64,000 nt of DNA from an uncultured Gemmataceae bacterium (GCA_963750165.1 CAVVPN010000010.1:128001-192000), one strand, 5' to 3'; counted from the stretch's first letter, positions 21,509 to 35,187 are shown. The notes: generated from the letters alone by a model not told the origin. A program made the numbers and translations.

Positions 21509-22267
21509 TCACACGGCTACCGCCCCCAGACTCAGGCCGCCGTCCACGGTCAGAATCTGTCCAGTGACGTAGGCAGCATCGGCACTGGCCAGAAACACCG
21601 CCACGCGGGCGATGTCGTCCGGCTGTCCCAGGCGGCGCATGGGGATCATCTTCTTGATGAGATCACCCGCCTTGTTGCGTACCGCCTCACTCATGTCCGT
21701 CTCGATAAAACCGGGAGCGATGGCATTCACGGTCACGCCCCGGCTGGCCAGTTCCGCGGCCAGGGCACGGGTGAACGAATTAATGGCGCCCTTGCTGGCG
21801 GCATAGTTCGTCTGGCCCGGGTTGACATAATCAGCGGCGACGCTGGACACGTTGATAATGCGGCCCTTGCGGGCCTTCATCATCGAGTAAGCGACTGCCT
21901 TGCAAAAGTTGAAGGCGCCGCCCAGGTTGGTGTCGAGCACGCTCTTCCACGCCTCCGGTTCCATGCGAACGAACAGGTCGTCCTTGATGATGCCGGCGTT
22001 GTTCACCAGAATGCCGATCGGTCCCCACTCGGCCTCGACGGTCTGCACGCACTGCTCGACCTCGGCGGCGTTGGTCACGTCCACCTGAAACGCCCTGCCA
22101 ACCTGTCCCGCCGCGGCGAGTTCCACAGCAAGACTATCGGCGGCCTCCTTGCTGCCGCGGTAGACAAACGCCACCCGGGCCCCTTCCGCCGCGAACGCCT
22201 TGACGATGGCCCGGCCGATCCCACGGCTGCCGCCGGTCACCAGCGCGACCTGATCCGTCAATCGCAT
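21509..22267 (-). CDS. fabG: 3-oxoacyl-ACP reductase
   Basis: TGGSRGIG, NNAGI, YAASK, VNAIAPGFIETDM. Confidence 0.92.
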   Translation of the reverse strand: MRLTDQVALVTGGSRGIGRAIVKAFAAEGARVAFVYRGSKEAADSLAVELAAAGQVGRAFQVDVTNAAEVEQCVQTVEAEWGPIGILVNNAGIIKDDLFVRMEPEAWKSVLDTNLGGAFNFCKAVAYSMMKARKGRIINVSSVAADYVNPGQTNYAASKGAINSFTRALAAELASRGVTVNAIAPGFIETDMSEAVRNKAGDLIKKMIPMRRLGQPDDIARVAVFLASADAAYVTGQILTVDGGLSLGAVAV

Positions 22268-22323
22268 GTGCTTCCCCTCTTTCGTGGCGCAGGCGTCCCG
22301 CCTGTGCTTCTCCCCACGGCCGG

Positions 22324-22824
22324 TTAGCCGGTCACGCCATTCAGCGCCCCACTGAGGAGCAAATACTGTGCCCGCAGACGCGCCACCAGTTGGTCGTCGA
22401 TCGGCCGGAGTTTCGGGTCGCGGTCGGCCAGGTTATAGCGAGCGACGGTCAGTTTCGCGGACACCGTGGCAACACCATCCTGTTCGCCCTTGCCCTTGAG
22501 CACGACCAGCGGTTGATCCGGCCCTGCGGGGGGCTCGGCAATCTCGACGGTCAACAGCAGCCGTCGCCCCGGCTCCATGAGGTTGGCGAACTTCACATTG
22601 CGCGCCTTGCGCAGGACAATGACGCTATGCCGGTAGTCGTCGCTCAGGCGGAGCAACCAGGCTCCGGCCTCAACGAGCGTCTGGAGCATGAGGACACCGG
22701 GCATGACCGGGAACGTCGGAAAGTGGTCCGCCAGATACTCCTCGCCCAGGGTCAGCGCCTTGACCATTCGTATCTGGCGACCGGGGTCAAGCCCAAGGAG
22801 CCGATCCACCAGCTGATAGCGCAT
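22324..22824 (-). CDS. FabZ-like hot-dog protein (catalytic Glu replaced by Gln)
   Basis: DHFPTFPVMPGVLMLQTL; likely start MRYQLVDR at 22824. Confidence 0.8.
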   Translation of the reverse strand: MRYQLVDRLLGLDPGRQIRMVKALTLGEEYLADHFPTFPVMPGVLMLQTLVEAGAWLLRLSDDYRHSVIVLRKARNVKFANLMEPGRRLLLTVEIAEPPAGPDQPLVVLKGKGEQDGVATVSAKLTVARYNLADRDPKLRPIDDQLVARLRAQYLLLSGALNGVTG

Positions 22825-23192
22825 TTGTCGATCTCGGTGCCTAACTATGCATCTGCCAACCACTTTGAGCGGTGGCATAAAAAGGGAAGTATAGCGGCCC
22901 CCCCCCCCACCGGCAACCCCGAATGCGCCTTCGTAGTCAGCACAATCGTCAAGGTCGCTAGTTCCATCCCGGTCATCCCTTGCGGCAAACGCGACGCCAG
23001 GGCGCGGTTTGAAACATTTCACGTTTCTATTATTTCCCCGGCGGTGAAGGTTTCGCAATGGGGAATAAATGCAAAGGCTCGGCAAACTGCGGAATGGGGT
23101 TAGTTTAGACATTTTGGCTGGTTTGTTCAAGAGATTCGCTTTGTGTCGTAGGTGCCACTTTCTCCGGTTGGTCCTGGAGCAAGGGTGCCGAA

Positions 23193-23241
23193 TCTCGACG
23201 TATGAAAAAGTTGGCCCCCTTGGCCCCCTTGGCCCCCTTGC
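23193..23241. repeat. 9-bp triple tandem (TTGGCCCCC)x3 element
   Basis: Homologous inverted copy at 35963-36011. Confidence 0.7.
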
Positions 23242-23349
23242 TGTGGCAATCGCCGCCGTTTGGTGTCGCGCCTTGCCAACGGCGCAGCAATGTTTAAAAT
23301 GACGGTTTTGCCGGTTGGGCAATCGGCTCGATCATCCGAGGAGGAACGC

Positions 23350-23436
23350 ATGGGCAGTCGTCGTCGTGGTACGGGTCGGCGCAAGGTGGGGCGCAAGAAA
23401 CGGCGGATGCGGGCCAAGATCCGCCACCGCAAGTAA
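23350..23436 (+). CDS. 28-aa Arg/Lys-rich peptide MGSRRRGTGRRKVGRKKRRMRAKIRHRK (bS22/AURKAIP1-like small ribosomal protein candidate)
   Basis: GAGGAGG RBS just upstream, ATG...TAA; below the ORF-track size cut-off. Confidence 0.65.
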   Translation: MGSRRRGTGRRKVGRKKRRMRAKIRHRK

Positions 23437-23464
23437 CCGCGTGGCAACTTTCTAGCCACCCAAG

Positions 23465-24208
23465 TCACATGGTCCGGCCGCCGTCCACGACGATCACCTG
23501 ACCGGTGATAAGCGTGGTGCCGGCCGCCAGGAAGTAGATGGTGTCGGCGATGTCGTCGGGCGTGGCGGCGCGGCGCATGGGCGTGATGGTCAGCGAGCGC
23601 TCGACGTGCTCCCTGTGGCCGGCGAGCCAGCGGGTGAGCACTGGCCCGGGCGCGACCGCGTTGACGCGCACCTGCGGGGCAAAGGCACGGGCCAGGGATT
23701 TGGTCAGACAGTTGACCGCCGCCTTGCTGGCTGCGTAGGGGATGGAGCTGCCGTGGCCCTGCAGCCCGGCGACGCTGGTGACGTTGACGATGGCGCCGCC
23801 GCGCTGCTGCAACAGCGGCATGGCGGCGCGCGAGCAGAAGAAGGTGCCCTTCAGGTTCACCCCCAGAATCTCATCCCAGATCTCGGCCGTGAGGGCGTCG
23901 AGGTTGGTGTGGTCGATGAAGTGCGTGGTGCCGGCGTTGTTGACGAGTGCGTCGAGACCGCCCAGTTCTGTGCGGCAGCGGCGCACCAGTTCGGCGGCCA
24001 TGGCCTCATCGGCGACGCTACCCTGGCAGACGATGCCAGGCACGCCGTGCTTCTTGACCTCGGCCAGCGTCTCGTTGGCTTCTTTTTCCGAGCGCGAATA
24101 ATTGACGGCGACCGCCCAACCCTCACGGGCGAAGCGGAGGGCGGCGGCGCGGCCGATGCCGGTCGCTGAGCCGGTTACCAGGGCGACCCGCGGCGTCGGG
24201 CTGCTCAT
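23465..24208 (-). CDS. SDR family oxidoreductase
   Basis: TGSATGIG, NNAG, YAASK. Confidence 0.9.
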   Translation of the reverse strand: MSSPTPRVALVTGSATGIGRAAALRFAREGWAVAVNYSRSEKEANETLAEVKKHGVPGIVCQGSVADEAMAAELVRRCRTELGGLDALVNNAGTTHFIDHTNLDALTAEIWDEILGVNLKGTFFCSRAAMPLLQQRGGAIVNVTSVAGLQGHGSSIPYAASKAAVNCLTKSLARAFAPQVRVNAVAPGPVLTRWLAGHREHVERSLTITPMRRAATPDDIADTIYFLAAGTTLITGQVIVVDGGRTM

Positions 24209-24236
24209 GGGGTTCTCCTTGGCTGAGGTTTTGATA

Positions 24237-24334
24237 TTCACCGCGGAGCACGCGGAGAGCGCAGAGGAAAGACAAGGAATTGGTCACCCATTTTTTTGTT
24301 TTCCCTCTGCGCTCTCCGCGTGCTCCGCGGTGAA
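24237..24334. repeat. Palindromic REP-like element, family B (TTCACCGCGGAGCACGCGGAGAGCGCAGAG arms)
   Basis: Inverted arms; related copy at 35073-35172. Confidence 0.8.
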
Positions 24335-24365
24335 ATCCTCTTTCTTTCTACGAGGTGATGCGACC

Positions 24366-27300
24366 ATGCGAAAGGGTTGGATGGCGGCGGTGCTGCTGGC
24401 GCTGGTGCCGCAGCTGGCGGCGGCACAGGACGAGGCGCGGCTGCTGCGTTTCCCGGCGATTCACGGCGACCAGGTGGTGTTCACCTACGCGGGCGACCTG
24501 TACACGGTGCCGGCGAAGGGCGGCGTGGCGCGGCGGTTGACGAGCCATGAGGGCTTCGAGATGTTCGCCCACTTTTCGCCGGACGGCAAGACGCTGGCGT
24601 TCACCGGCCAGTACGACGGCAACACAGAGGTGTATACGATGCCGGCGGAGGGCGGCGTGCCCAAACGGCTGACCTACACCGCGACGCTCGGCCGCGACGA
24701 CGTGTCCGACCGCATGGGGCCGAACAACATCGTCATGGGCTGGACGCCGGACGGCAAACACATCATCTTTCGCTCGCGCATGAAGGAGCCGAACGACTTC
24801 ATCGGTCAGCTGTTCCTGGTGCCGGCCAAGGGCGGGTTGCCGCAGCAATTGCCGCTGCCGCGTGGCGGCTTTTGCTCGTACTCGCCGGACGGCAAGCGGC
24901 TGGCGTACAACCGCATTTTTCGCGAGTTTCGCACCTGGAAGCGCTACCGCGGCGGCATGGCCGACAACATCTGGATTTATGACTTCGACAGGAAGACTAC
25001 CACCAACATCACGAACAATGAAGCGTGCGACACCTTTCCGATGTGGCACGGCAACAAGATTTACTTCCTCTCCGACCGCGACGCGAATCAGCGTTTCAAC
25101 CTGTACTCGTATGACCTCGGCAGCAAGGCGACCAAACAGCTGACGCACTTCAAGGACTTCGACATTAAATACCCATCGCTGGGCGACAAGGCAATTGTGT
25201 TTGAAAACGCCGGGTACATCTATCGCTTCGACCTGGAGAAGCAAAAGGAAGCGAAGGTGCCGGTGCGCATTCTGGAGGACTTCGCGGCGGCCCGCGGCGG
25301 GTTCAAGGACGTGAGCAAGAACGTCGCCAGTTACGAGATTTCGCCGGACGGCAAGCGGGCGTTGTTCAGCGCCCGCGGCGACCTGTTCACGGTGCCGGCC
25401 AAGACCGGTCAGACGCGCAATTTGACGAACACTCCGGGCGTTCACGACCGCAACCCGAAATGGTCGCCGGATGGCAAGCACATCGCCTTCGTCTCGGACG
25501 CCAGCGGCGAGGACGAGATTTACCTCATCACGCCGGACGGCAAGGGCAAGCCGCAGCAGCTTACCAACGAGGGCGATACCTACAAGTATGAGATTGCGTG
25601 GTCGCCGGACGGCAAGAAGATCGCCTGGGCCGACAAGAAACTGCGGCTGAAATACGTGGACGTGCAGACCAAGGTGGTCACACAGGCGGACCAGGCGAAA
25701 GCGTGGGAGATTCATCAATACGTCTGGTCGCCGGACAGCAAATGGATTGCGTACAGCAAGCCGGAGCGCACGAGCCAGCAGCAGATTCACCTGTACTCGG
25801 TGGAGCAGAACAAGACGTTCCCGGCGACAGACCGCATGTTCTACGCCGGCGACCCGGCGTTCAGCAGCGACGGCAAATATTTGTACTTCATCTCCAGCCG
25901 CGACTTCAGCCCCACCTTCAGCCGCGTCGAGTGGAACTACGCCTACACCGAGATGGCCCGCGTGTACCTGATGACGTTGGCGAAGGACACACCGAACCCG
26001 CTGGCACCGAAGGACGATGAGGCGGCCACGGAGGCCAAGGAAAAGAAGGACAGCAAGGACGACAAGAAAAAGCCGGCAGCGGTGGCGGTCAAGATCGACG
26101 TGGACGGTTTGCAGGACCGCGTGTTGCAGTTGCCAGTGCCGGTGGCGAATTACACCGCCCTCCAGACGGCCGGCAGCAATGCGTATTATTTACGCTGGAC
26201 CGGCAAGGAGAAGCCGGCTCTGTACGTCTTCGACCTGGCGGCGAAGAAGGAGACGTCGCTCGGGGCTGTGGGCGGCTATGAGATTTCTGCCGACCACAAG
26301 AAGATGTTGATTTCCAGGGACAAGAACTATTACATCATTGACCTGCCGAAAGCCTCGATCACCGTCGGCGAACCGCTGAACCTGTCCGGCCTGCAAGTGC
26401 AGCTGGATCGGCAACAGGAGTGGCAGCAAATCTTCCGCGAATCCTGGCGGCAGATGCGTGACTTCTTCTACGCTCCGAACATGCACGGCGTGGACTGGGT
26501 GGCGGTGCGCAAGCAATACGAACCACTGGTCAAGCACGTCAACCACCGCGCCGACCTGACGTATGTCATCGGTGAGATGATCAGCGAATTGGATTGCAGT
26601 CACGCTTACGTCGGCGGCGGCGACTACCCGAAACCGCAGCGCATTCCCCTCGGTCTGCTCGGCGCCGAGTTCAAGCAGGATCCGAAAACCAAATATTATC
26701 GAATCACCAGGATTTTGAAAGGCGCCAACTGGGACAAGAACCTGCGGTCGCCGCTGACGGAGATCGGCGTCAATGTGAACGAAGGCGATTACGTACTCGC
26801 CCTCAACGGCAAGCCGGCCAACGAACTGGTGAACATTTACGAGGCGCTGGTCAACACCGCCGGCAAGCCGGTAACACTCAAGGTCAGCAAAATGCCCGCC
26901 GAGCAGGGCAGCCGCGAGGTAACGGTGACGCCGATCAGCGACGAGCACCCGCTGTATTATTACAACTGGGTGCAGGACAATATCAAAAAGGTGAGCGAGG
27001 CCACCAAGGGCGAGGTCGGTTACATCCACATCCCGGACATGCAAGCGACGGGCCTGAACGAGTTCGTCAAGCACTTCTATCCGCAGATGCGCAAGAAGGC
27101 GCTAATCCTCGACCTGCGCGGCAACGGCGGCGGCAACGTGTCGCCGCAGATCGTCGAGCGACTGCGGCGCGAGATCGCGCTGGTGAACGTGGCCCGCAAC
27201 GCCGCCCCGACGCCGAACCCGGGCGACCTGCACCTGGGGCCGAAGGTGTGCTTGCTCAACGAATTTTCCGCGTCGGACGGCGATCTGTTCCCGTACCGCT

Positions 27301-27608
27301 TCAAGAAGTACAAACTCGGCAAGCTGATCGGCAAGCGCAGCTGGGGCGGCATCGTCGGCATCCGCGGCTCGCTGCCGTTCCTGGACGGCGGCACGCTCAA
27401 CAAGCCGGAGTCCGCATCCTACAGCACTGACGGCCGGTGGGTCATCGAGAATCACGGCGTGGACCCGGACATTGTGGTCGATAACGACCCGGCCCGCGAG
27501 TTCGCCGGGACGGACGACCAGCTCAACCGGGCCATCGCGGTGATCCTGGAGGAGTTGCGGAACAACCCGAATCCGCTGCCGCCGGTGCCGCCTTATCCGA
27601 AGCGCTGA
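24366..27608 (+). CDS. Tricorn protease homolog (S41 peptidase, PD40 propellers + PDZ)
   Basis: Signal peptide, repeated SPDGK blades, SHAY, DLRGNGGG, SASDGD catalytic region. Confidence 0.93.
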   Translation: MRKGWMAAVLLALVPQLAAAQDEARLLRFPAIHGDQVVFTYAGDLYTVPAKGGVARRLTSHEGFEMFAHFSPDGKTLAFTGQYDGNTEVYTMPAEGGVPKRLTYTATLGRDDVSDRMGPNNIVMGWTPDGKHIIFRSRMKEPNDFIGQLFLVPAKGGLPQQLPLPRGGFCSYSPDGKRLAYNRIFREFRTWKRYRGGMADNIWIYDFDRKTTTNITNNEACDTFPMWHGNKIYFLSDRDANQRFNLYSYDLGSKATKQLTHFKDFDIKYPSLGDKAIVFENAGYIYRFDLEKQKEAKVPVRILEDFAAARGGFKDVSKNVASYEISPDGKRALFSARGDLFTVPAKTGQTRNLTNTPGVHDRNPKWSPDGKHIAFVSDASGEDEIYLITPDGKGKPQQLTNEGDTYKYEIAWSPDGKKIAWADKKLRLKYVDVQTKVVTQADQAKAWEIHQYVWSPDSKWIAYSKPERTSQQQIHLYSVEQNKTFPATDRMFYAGDPAFSSDGKYLYFISSRDFSPTFSRVEWNYAYTEMARVYLMTLAKDTPNPLAPKDDEAATEAKEKKDSKDDKKKPAAVAVKIDVDGLQDRVLQLPVPVANYTALQTAGSNAYYLRWTGKEKPALYVFDLAAKKETSLGAVGGYEISADHKKMLISRDKNYYIIDLPKASITVGEPLNLSGLQVQLDRQQEWQQIFRESWRQMRDFFYAPNMHGVDWVAVRKQYEPLVKHVNHRADLTYVIGEMISELDCSHAYVGGGDYPKPQRIPLGLLGAEFKQDPKTKYYRITRILKGANWDKNLRSPLTEIGVNVNEGDYVLALNGKPANELVNIYEALVNTAGKPVTLKVSKMPAEQGSREVTVTPISDEHPLYYYNWVQDNIKKVSEATKGEVGYIHIPDMQATGLNEFVKHFYPQMRKKALILDLRGNGGGNVSPQIVERLRREIALVNVARNAAPTPNPGDLHLGPKVCLLNEFSASDGDLFPYRFKKYKLGKLIGKRSWGGIVGIRGSLPFLDGGTLNKPESASYSTDGRWVIENHGVDPDIVVDNDPAREFAGTDDQLNRAIAVILEELRNNPNPLPPVPPYPKR

Positions 27609-27619
27609 GCGGCCTGACC

Positions 27620-27674
27620 GTGGGACAGGCTTCCAGCCTGTCAGCAGGAATGACAGGCTGGAAGCCTGTCCCAC
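27620..27674. repeat. Palindromic REP-like element (GTGGGACAGGCTTCCAGCCTGTC arms)
   Basis: Perfect inverted repeat after the protease stop; may also act as a terminator. Confidence 0.8.
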
Positions 27675-27701
27675 GTCAGCGTGTCGCACAGAGGATTCAT
27701 C

Positions 27702-28736
27702 ATGCAACCGCCGGAGCATTCGCCGCGCGATTTGACGGACCGCGTCTTCCGCAAGACGCTGGAGAACGTCGAAAACCTGGCAGAGTTCTTGCAGGAAGCG
27801 TTACCTCAGCACGCCGCCGCCTTCGATTGCGCCAAGGCCCGGTTGCTGACCCGTGAGTTCGTGTCCGGCGACTGGCGCAGCCGCGAAGCGGACCTTCTCT
27901 TCGAGATTCCTTACCGCACTGCCGGCGGCACGGGCACAGCCCTGGTGTGCTTGCTGATCGAGCACCAGACGCGCACCGACCCGCTGATGCCGTTCCGCAC
28001 GCTGCACCTGATGGTGTCCTTCTGGGACCGGCAGTGGCGTGACTGGCATCAGGCGCCCGGGCCGGGGACGGAACTGCGGCTCATGCCGGTGATTCCCATC
28101 GTGCTGTACACCAAACCGACGCCGTGGGGCAGCGCACGGCGACTGACCGACCTGCTCGCCGAGCCGGCCGCCTTTCACCCTTTCGCCCCGCAATTCGAGC
28201 CGCTATTCTGGAACCTGTCGGAGCACACGCCGGACGAACTGTTGGGCCGTGGCGGCGGCTGGCGTAACCTGCTCGCGGTCGTCCGTGCCGTGAAGGCGAC
28301 CCCGGCCGAGTTCCGCCGTGTCGTCGCTGAAGCAGTGCGCCACCTGGGCGGTATCCTGGAGAAGGACCGGCCCCGCTGGCAGGAGTTGGTTGAGGCGCTG
28401 CTCATCTGGTCGTATGCCAACCGCAAGGAAGCGGAATACCCCGCCCTGCAGGCGGAGGCCGCGGCGCAACTGAGCGATACCCTTCACAGACAGGAGTTTC
28501 TCAAGATGTCCGTGCAAACTGGCGAAACGATTTACGGTCGCGGGGTGCGGGAAGGCCGCGCCGAGGGGCAGCTGCTGTCCCTGCGCGACGTGTTGCAGGA
28601 ACTACTGGCCAAGCGGTTCGGCGCACTGTCGGAGGCGGTGAAGCAGCGGATCGACACTGCGACGGACCCGGACCGCCTCCGTCGCGCGGTGGTCGATGCG
28701 GATCAGCTGAAATCCCTCGACGAACTGGTGCTGTGA
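27702..28736 (+). CDS. Rpn/YhgA-like recombination-promoting nuclease (putative transposase)
   Basis: D..FR..L, READLLF, LLIEHQT, PIVLY, C-terminal GRAEG/KRFG tail. Confidence 0.85.
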   Translation: MQPPEHSPRDLTDRVFRKTLENVENLAEFLQEALPQHAAAFDCAKARLLTREFVSGDWRSREADLLFEIPYRTAGGTGTALVCLLIEHQTRTDPLMPFRTLHLMVSFWDRQWRDWHQAPGPGTELRLMPVIPIVLYTKPTPWGSARRLTDLLAEPAAFHPFAPQFEPLFWNLSEHTPDELLGRGGGWRNLLAVVRAVKATPAEFRRVVAEAVRHLGGILEKDRPRWQELVEALLIWSYANRKEAEYPALQAEAAAQLSDTLHRQEFLKMSVQTGETIYGRGVREGRAEGQLLSLRDVLQELLAKRFGALSEAVKQRIDTATDPDRLRRAVVDADQLKSLDELVL

Positions 28737-28746
28737 GGGCGTGCCC

Positions 28747-29446
28747 ATGACCGAGGTGGAATGGCTGGCTCAAACCAACCTGGAGCCGCTGCTGTATTAC
28801 CTCGGCCGTCCTCAAAAAGCAAAGCGCCTTCGGGTGAATCGGCGACGGTTACGGTTGTTCGCCTGCGCCTGTGCCAGGCGAGTATGGCCCTTATTGGAGG
28901 GCGACCCTGTGGCCCTTGAACGGGTGGAACTCGCGGAACAAGTCGGAGCAGGTTTACTCGGCAAGAAGGCACTACCCGTCGTGCCCATCGAGTTTGCAGG
29001 CCCCCCCCCTCAGGGATACAGTCAGCCGAGGAAATTGCTGGGAGATTCGGCGCGTCATCTGCTGGAACGACCCCCTTCGGGCCGCCGATCAGACGGCCCG
29101 CAGCGCGCTGCGGGCCCTGGAGCGAATCGATCCCGAACGGGGCAAGGAAGTGTCCGCCGAGCAGGTGGCCATCCTCCGTTGCATCTTCGGCAACCCCTTC
29201 CGCCGAACACCCATTGAGCCAACTTGGCTGACCTGGAACGGCGGCGCGATTCTTCAACTAGCCCAGGTGATCCTGGACGAGCGCAGGCTACCGGAAGGCC
29301 GCCTGGAAGTTGACCGCCTCGCAATCCTCGCCGACGCCCTGGAAGAAGCCGGTTGCACCGACGCCGCTATCCTCACCCACCTCCGCGGCCCCGGCCCGCA
29401 TGTCCGCGGCTGCTGGGTGCTCGACCTGCTGCTCGGCAAGGAGTGA
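28747..29446 (+). CDS. Gemmataceae-type expanded hypothetical protein family (apparent frameshift at the C-run near 29005)
   Basis: MTEVEWL...RLRLFACAC and LRCIFGNPFR...ILADALEEAGC...GPHVRGCWVLDLLLGK halves lie in adjacent frames. Confidence 0.75.
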
Positions 29447-29550
29447 ACCCGGATAACGAGAAGCATGGGAAACGACGGTGGGAATTCATCGCTGTTTTCG
29501 GCTATAATGACTCGCTGGCGGTAAATCGCCCTTGGTGAAAGGACAGCGCC

Positions 29551-29964
29551 ATGAACTTTCCAGGCAACGTCATCAACGGAACCATCGTCCTCGATCCCCC
29601 GGCCGTCCTGGCGGACGGCACCCGCGTTGAGGTCGTGGTCCGGGAACCGGGCCAGTCCGAAGATACGCAACTTCGGCGGCGGTTTCAGCAGCTCGTTCAC
29701 GCATGGAAAGACGCCAAGGTCTTCATCTCGTCCGGGACCGAAATCGCGCTGAACCCGGCGTATCAACAAATCATTGGCATGGGTAAGGAAGCGCTGCCCC
29801 TGATCCTGGAAGAACTCCAGTGCGAGCCAGACCATTGGTTCTGGGCGCTCAAGGCCATCACGGGAGAGGATCCAGTAGCCTCGGGCGACCGCGGCAACCT
29901 GCCGAAGATGACTGAGGCCTGGTTGGGCTGGGCACGGACGCACGGGTATCTGCCATGTCCTTGA
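29551..29964 (+). CDS. Hypothetical protein with AbrB/AF2212-like N-terminal beta region (antitoxin-like)
   Basis: G.V.NGTIVLD.P..L.DGTRVEV N-terminus; overlaps the next gene. Confidence 0.5.
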   Translation: MNFPGNVINGTIVLDPPAVLADGTRVEVVVREPGQSEDTQLRRRFQQLVHAWKDAKVFISSGTEIALNPAYQQIIGMGKEALPLILEELQCEPDHWFWALKAITGEDPVASGDRGNLPKMTEAWLGWARTHGYLPCP

Positions 29965-30395
29965 ACCTCGTCTTCCCTTACCTCGCCGAGGAAGGCTATA
30001 CAGAGACCAGCCCGGCCACCAAGCAATACAACTGCATCGCCTGGGCGGCGGGACGAACGGACGCCTGGTGGTGGCCCGACGCCATGTCGGTCCATTACTG
30101 GCCGGAAGCAGTAGCTCGAGAGGAGAGCCTGGAGGCATTCGTTCAAGCGTTCGCTTTGCTGGGGTTCACCGTCGCCGCGGACGGTCTGCACGAGCTTGGC
30201 TTTGAAAGAGTGGCCCTGTACACACGAGACGGGAAGCCCACGCATGCCGCTCGCCAACAAATCGATGCCACCTGGACCAGCAAGCTCGGCGAATGGCTGG
30301 ACGTTAGCCACACCCTGCGGGGACTCGAAGGGCCGGTGTACGGGCAGGTAACGGCCTATTTGAAACGGCCCCTTGCCTCTCCCGCTGCGACGTAA
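29955..30395 (+). CDS. Small papain-like Cys-His protein (DUF7689-like)
   Basis: YNCIAWA, THAARQ, WTSKLG motifs. Confidence 0.55.
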   Translation: MSLNLVFPYLAEEGYTETSPATKQYNCIAWAAGRTDAWWWPDAMSVHYWPEAVAREESLEAFVQAFALLGFTVAADGLHELGFERVALYTRDGKPTHAARQQIDATWTSKLGEWLDVSHTLRGLEGPVYGQVTAYLKRPLASPAAT

Positions 30396-30509
30396 CCGCA
30401 TCACGCTGTCTCGCAATCACTGTTTAAGGTTGAGCCACCTGGCGTCCCGCTTCGTTTCCCTGCGTGCGTAGAATGGAGTATCCGCCCCGCAATCCCCGAA
30501 GGACGCACT

Positions 30510-33832
<3,323 letters not shown>

Positions 33833-33883
33833 CCCGTCCCGCGGAACTTTAGCAAAAAATCCGCCAACCCGAGGGAGTTCGGT

Positions 33884-35058
33884 ATGGCGCGGCGTCTCCT
33901 GTTGGGTGTGCTGGTGCTGGCGTGCGGCCTGACCGGGAACGGCTGCGCGGGCGACACCGGCAACACGGCGCCGGCGGCCGCGCTCCGCGGCGCGGACGAC
34001 CCGCTGCAGAAGCCCACCACCTCCCGCGCCCTGCGCGACGAACCCGAACCCGTCCAGGTCGCTCAGGCCACGCCAGCGCCAACGCCGACCCCGCCCCGGC
34101 CCCGGCCGAAGGGCACCCCGCGCCTGAGCGTTCGCGCCTGGGTCAACAACAAGCCGATCTTCGACGAGGAGGTGATGTTCGTGGTCTTCACCAAACACGG
34201 CCCCCAAGTCATGAGCGCCGGGCGCGGGGGAACGAACTGGTGCCCAGGCTGTTCAAGGAGGAACTGGACAACCTCATCGAGCGCGAACTCATCTACCAGG
34301 ACGCCCTGCACAAGTTGGAGAAGAACCAGAAAACCCTGGACAAGCTCAAGGTCGCCGCCAACAAGGAATTCGACAAGCGGCTCAGCCACATGGTCAAGGC
34401 CTTCCGCTGCGCCAGCCTGGAGGAGTTCAAGGACCTGCTGACGAAACAGGGCACCTCCGTGGAGAACCTGCGGCGCAGCGCCGAGCGCGAGTTCATCTCC
34501 ACCGAGTACGTGCGCAGCCTGATTGGCATGCGGATCGTGACGATCAGTCACCAGGACGTGTGCGACTACTACGAGCAGCACCTCAACGAGTTCCAGACGG
34601 TGGACACCGTGAAGTGGCAAAACATCTTCATCCTCGTCGGTCCCAACCACCCGACCGCGGCGGACGCGCGCCGCTTCGCCGAGGAGTTGGTGGCACGGGC
34701 TCGCCACGGCGAGGACTTTGACAAGCTGCTGCCCTTCGACGACGGCGACAGCTATCGCTATCGCAAGGGCGAGGGCCTCGGCCGGCACCAGGGCAAGATC
34801 AGCCCGCCCGAGGTCGAGCCGTACCTGTTCAAGATGAAGGATGGTGAGATCGGGCCGCTGGTGGAGCTGGCGACCGGCGTTCACATCTTCCGTCTGCTCA
34901 AGCGCGAGTACGCCGGCGTGCGGCCGTTCGACGAGAAGGTGCAGCAAGAGATTCTCATCCGTCTGCGCAACGAGATGGCTGGCCGTGAGTATCGCCGCAT
35001 CATTCGCGACCTCAAGGCCCGCTCGGTAGTTGAATTTGAGAAGGACGCCGTGCCGTGA
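33884..35058 (+). CDS. SurA/PpiC-type peptidyl-prolyl isomerase lipoprotein (apparent frameshift near 34225)
   Basis: Signal peptide with Cys; A.VN..PI, GEDF, GEIGPLV...GVHI; typical neighbour of mfd. Confidence 0.75.
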
Positions 35059-35072
35059 TGGTGAAAAGAGAT

Positions 35073-35172
35073 TTCACCACGTAGACCGCAGAGAGCGCAG
35101 GAGAAAAGACCGAAGAATTGTTGATCAACTCTTCGGTCTTTTCTCTGCGCTCTCTGCGGTCTCTGTGGTGAA
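35073..35172. repeat. Palindromic REP-like element, family B, between convergent genes
   Basis: Long inverted repeat; probable bidirectional terminator function. Confidence 0.8.
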
Positions 35173-35187
35173 TATATTTTGATTGGT

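Noticed and set aside
14643..22824. Ladderane or aryl polyene biosynthesis call
   Set aside because: No radical-SAM or methyltransferase genes and no aryl starter-loading genes are visible; only the general type II architecture is supported.
24102..24365. N-terminal extensions given by the ORF track (tricorn, fabF, fabZ-like, parA, hydrolase)
   Set aside because: The extensions run through repeats or neighbouring genes; downstream starts with RBS or signal peptides fit better.
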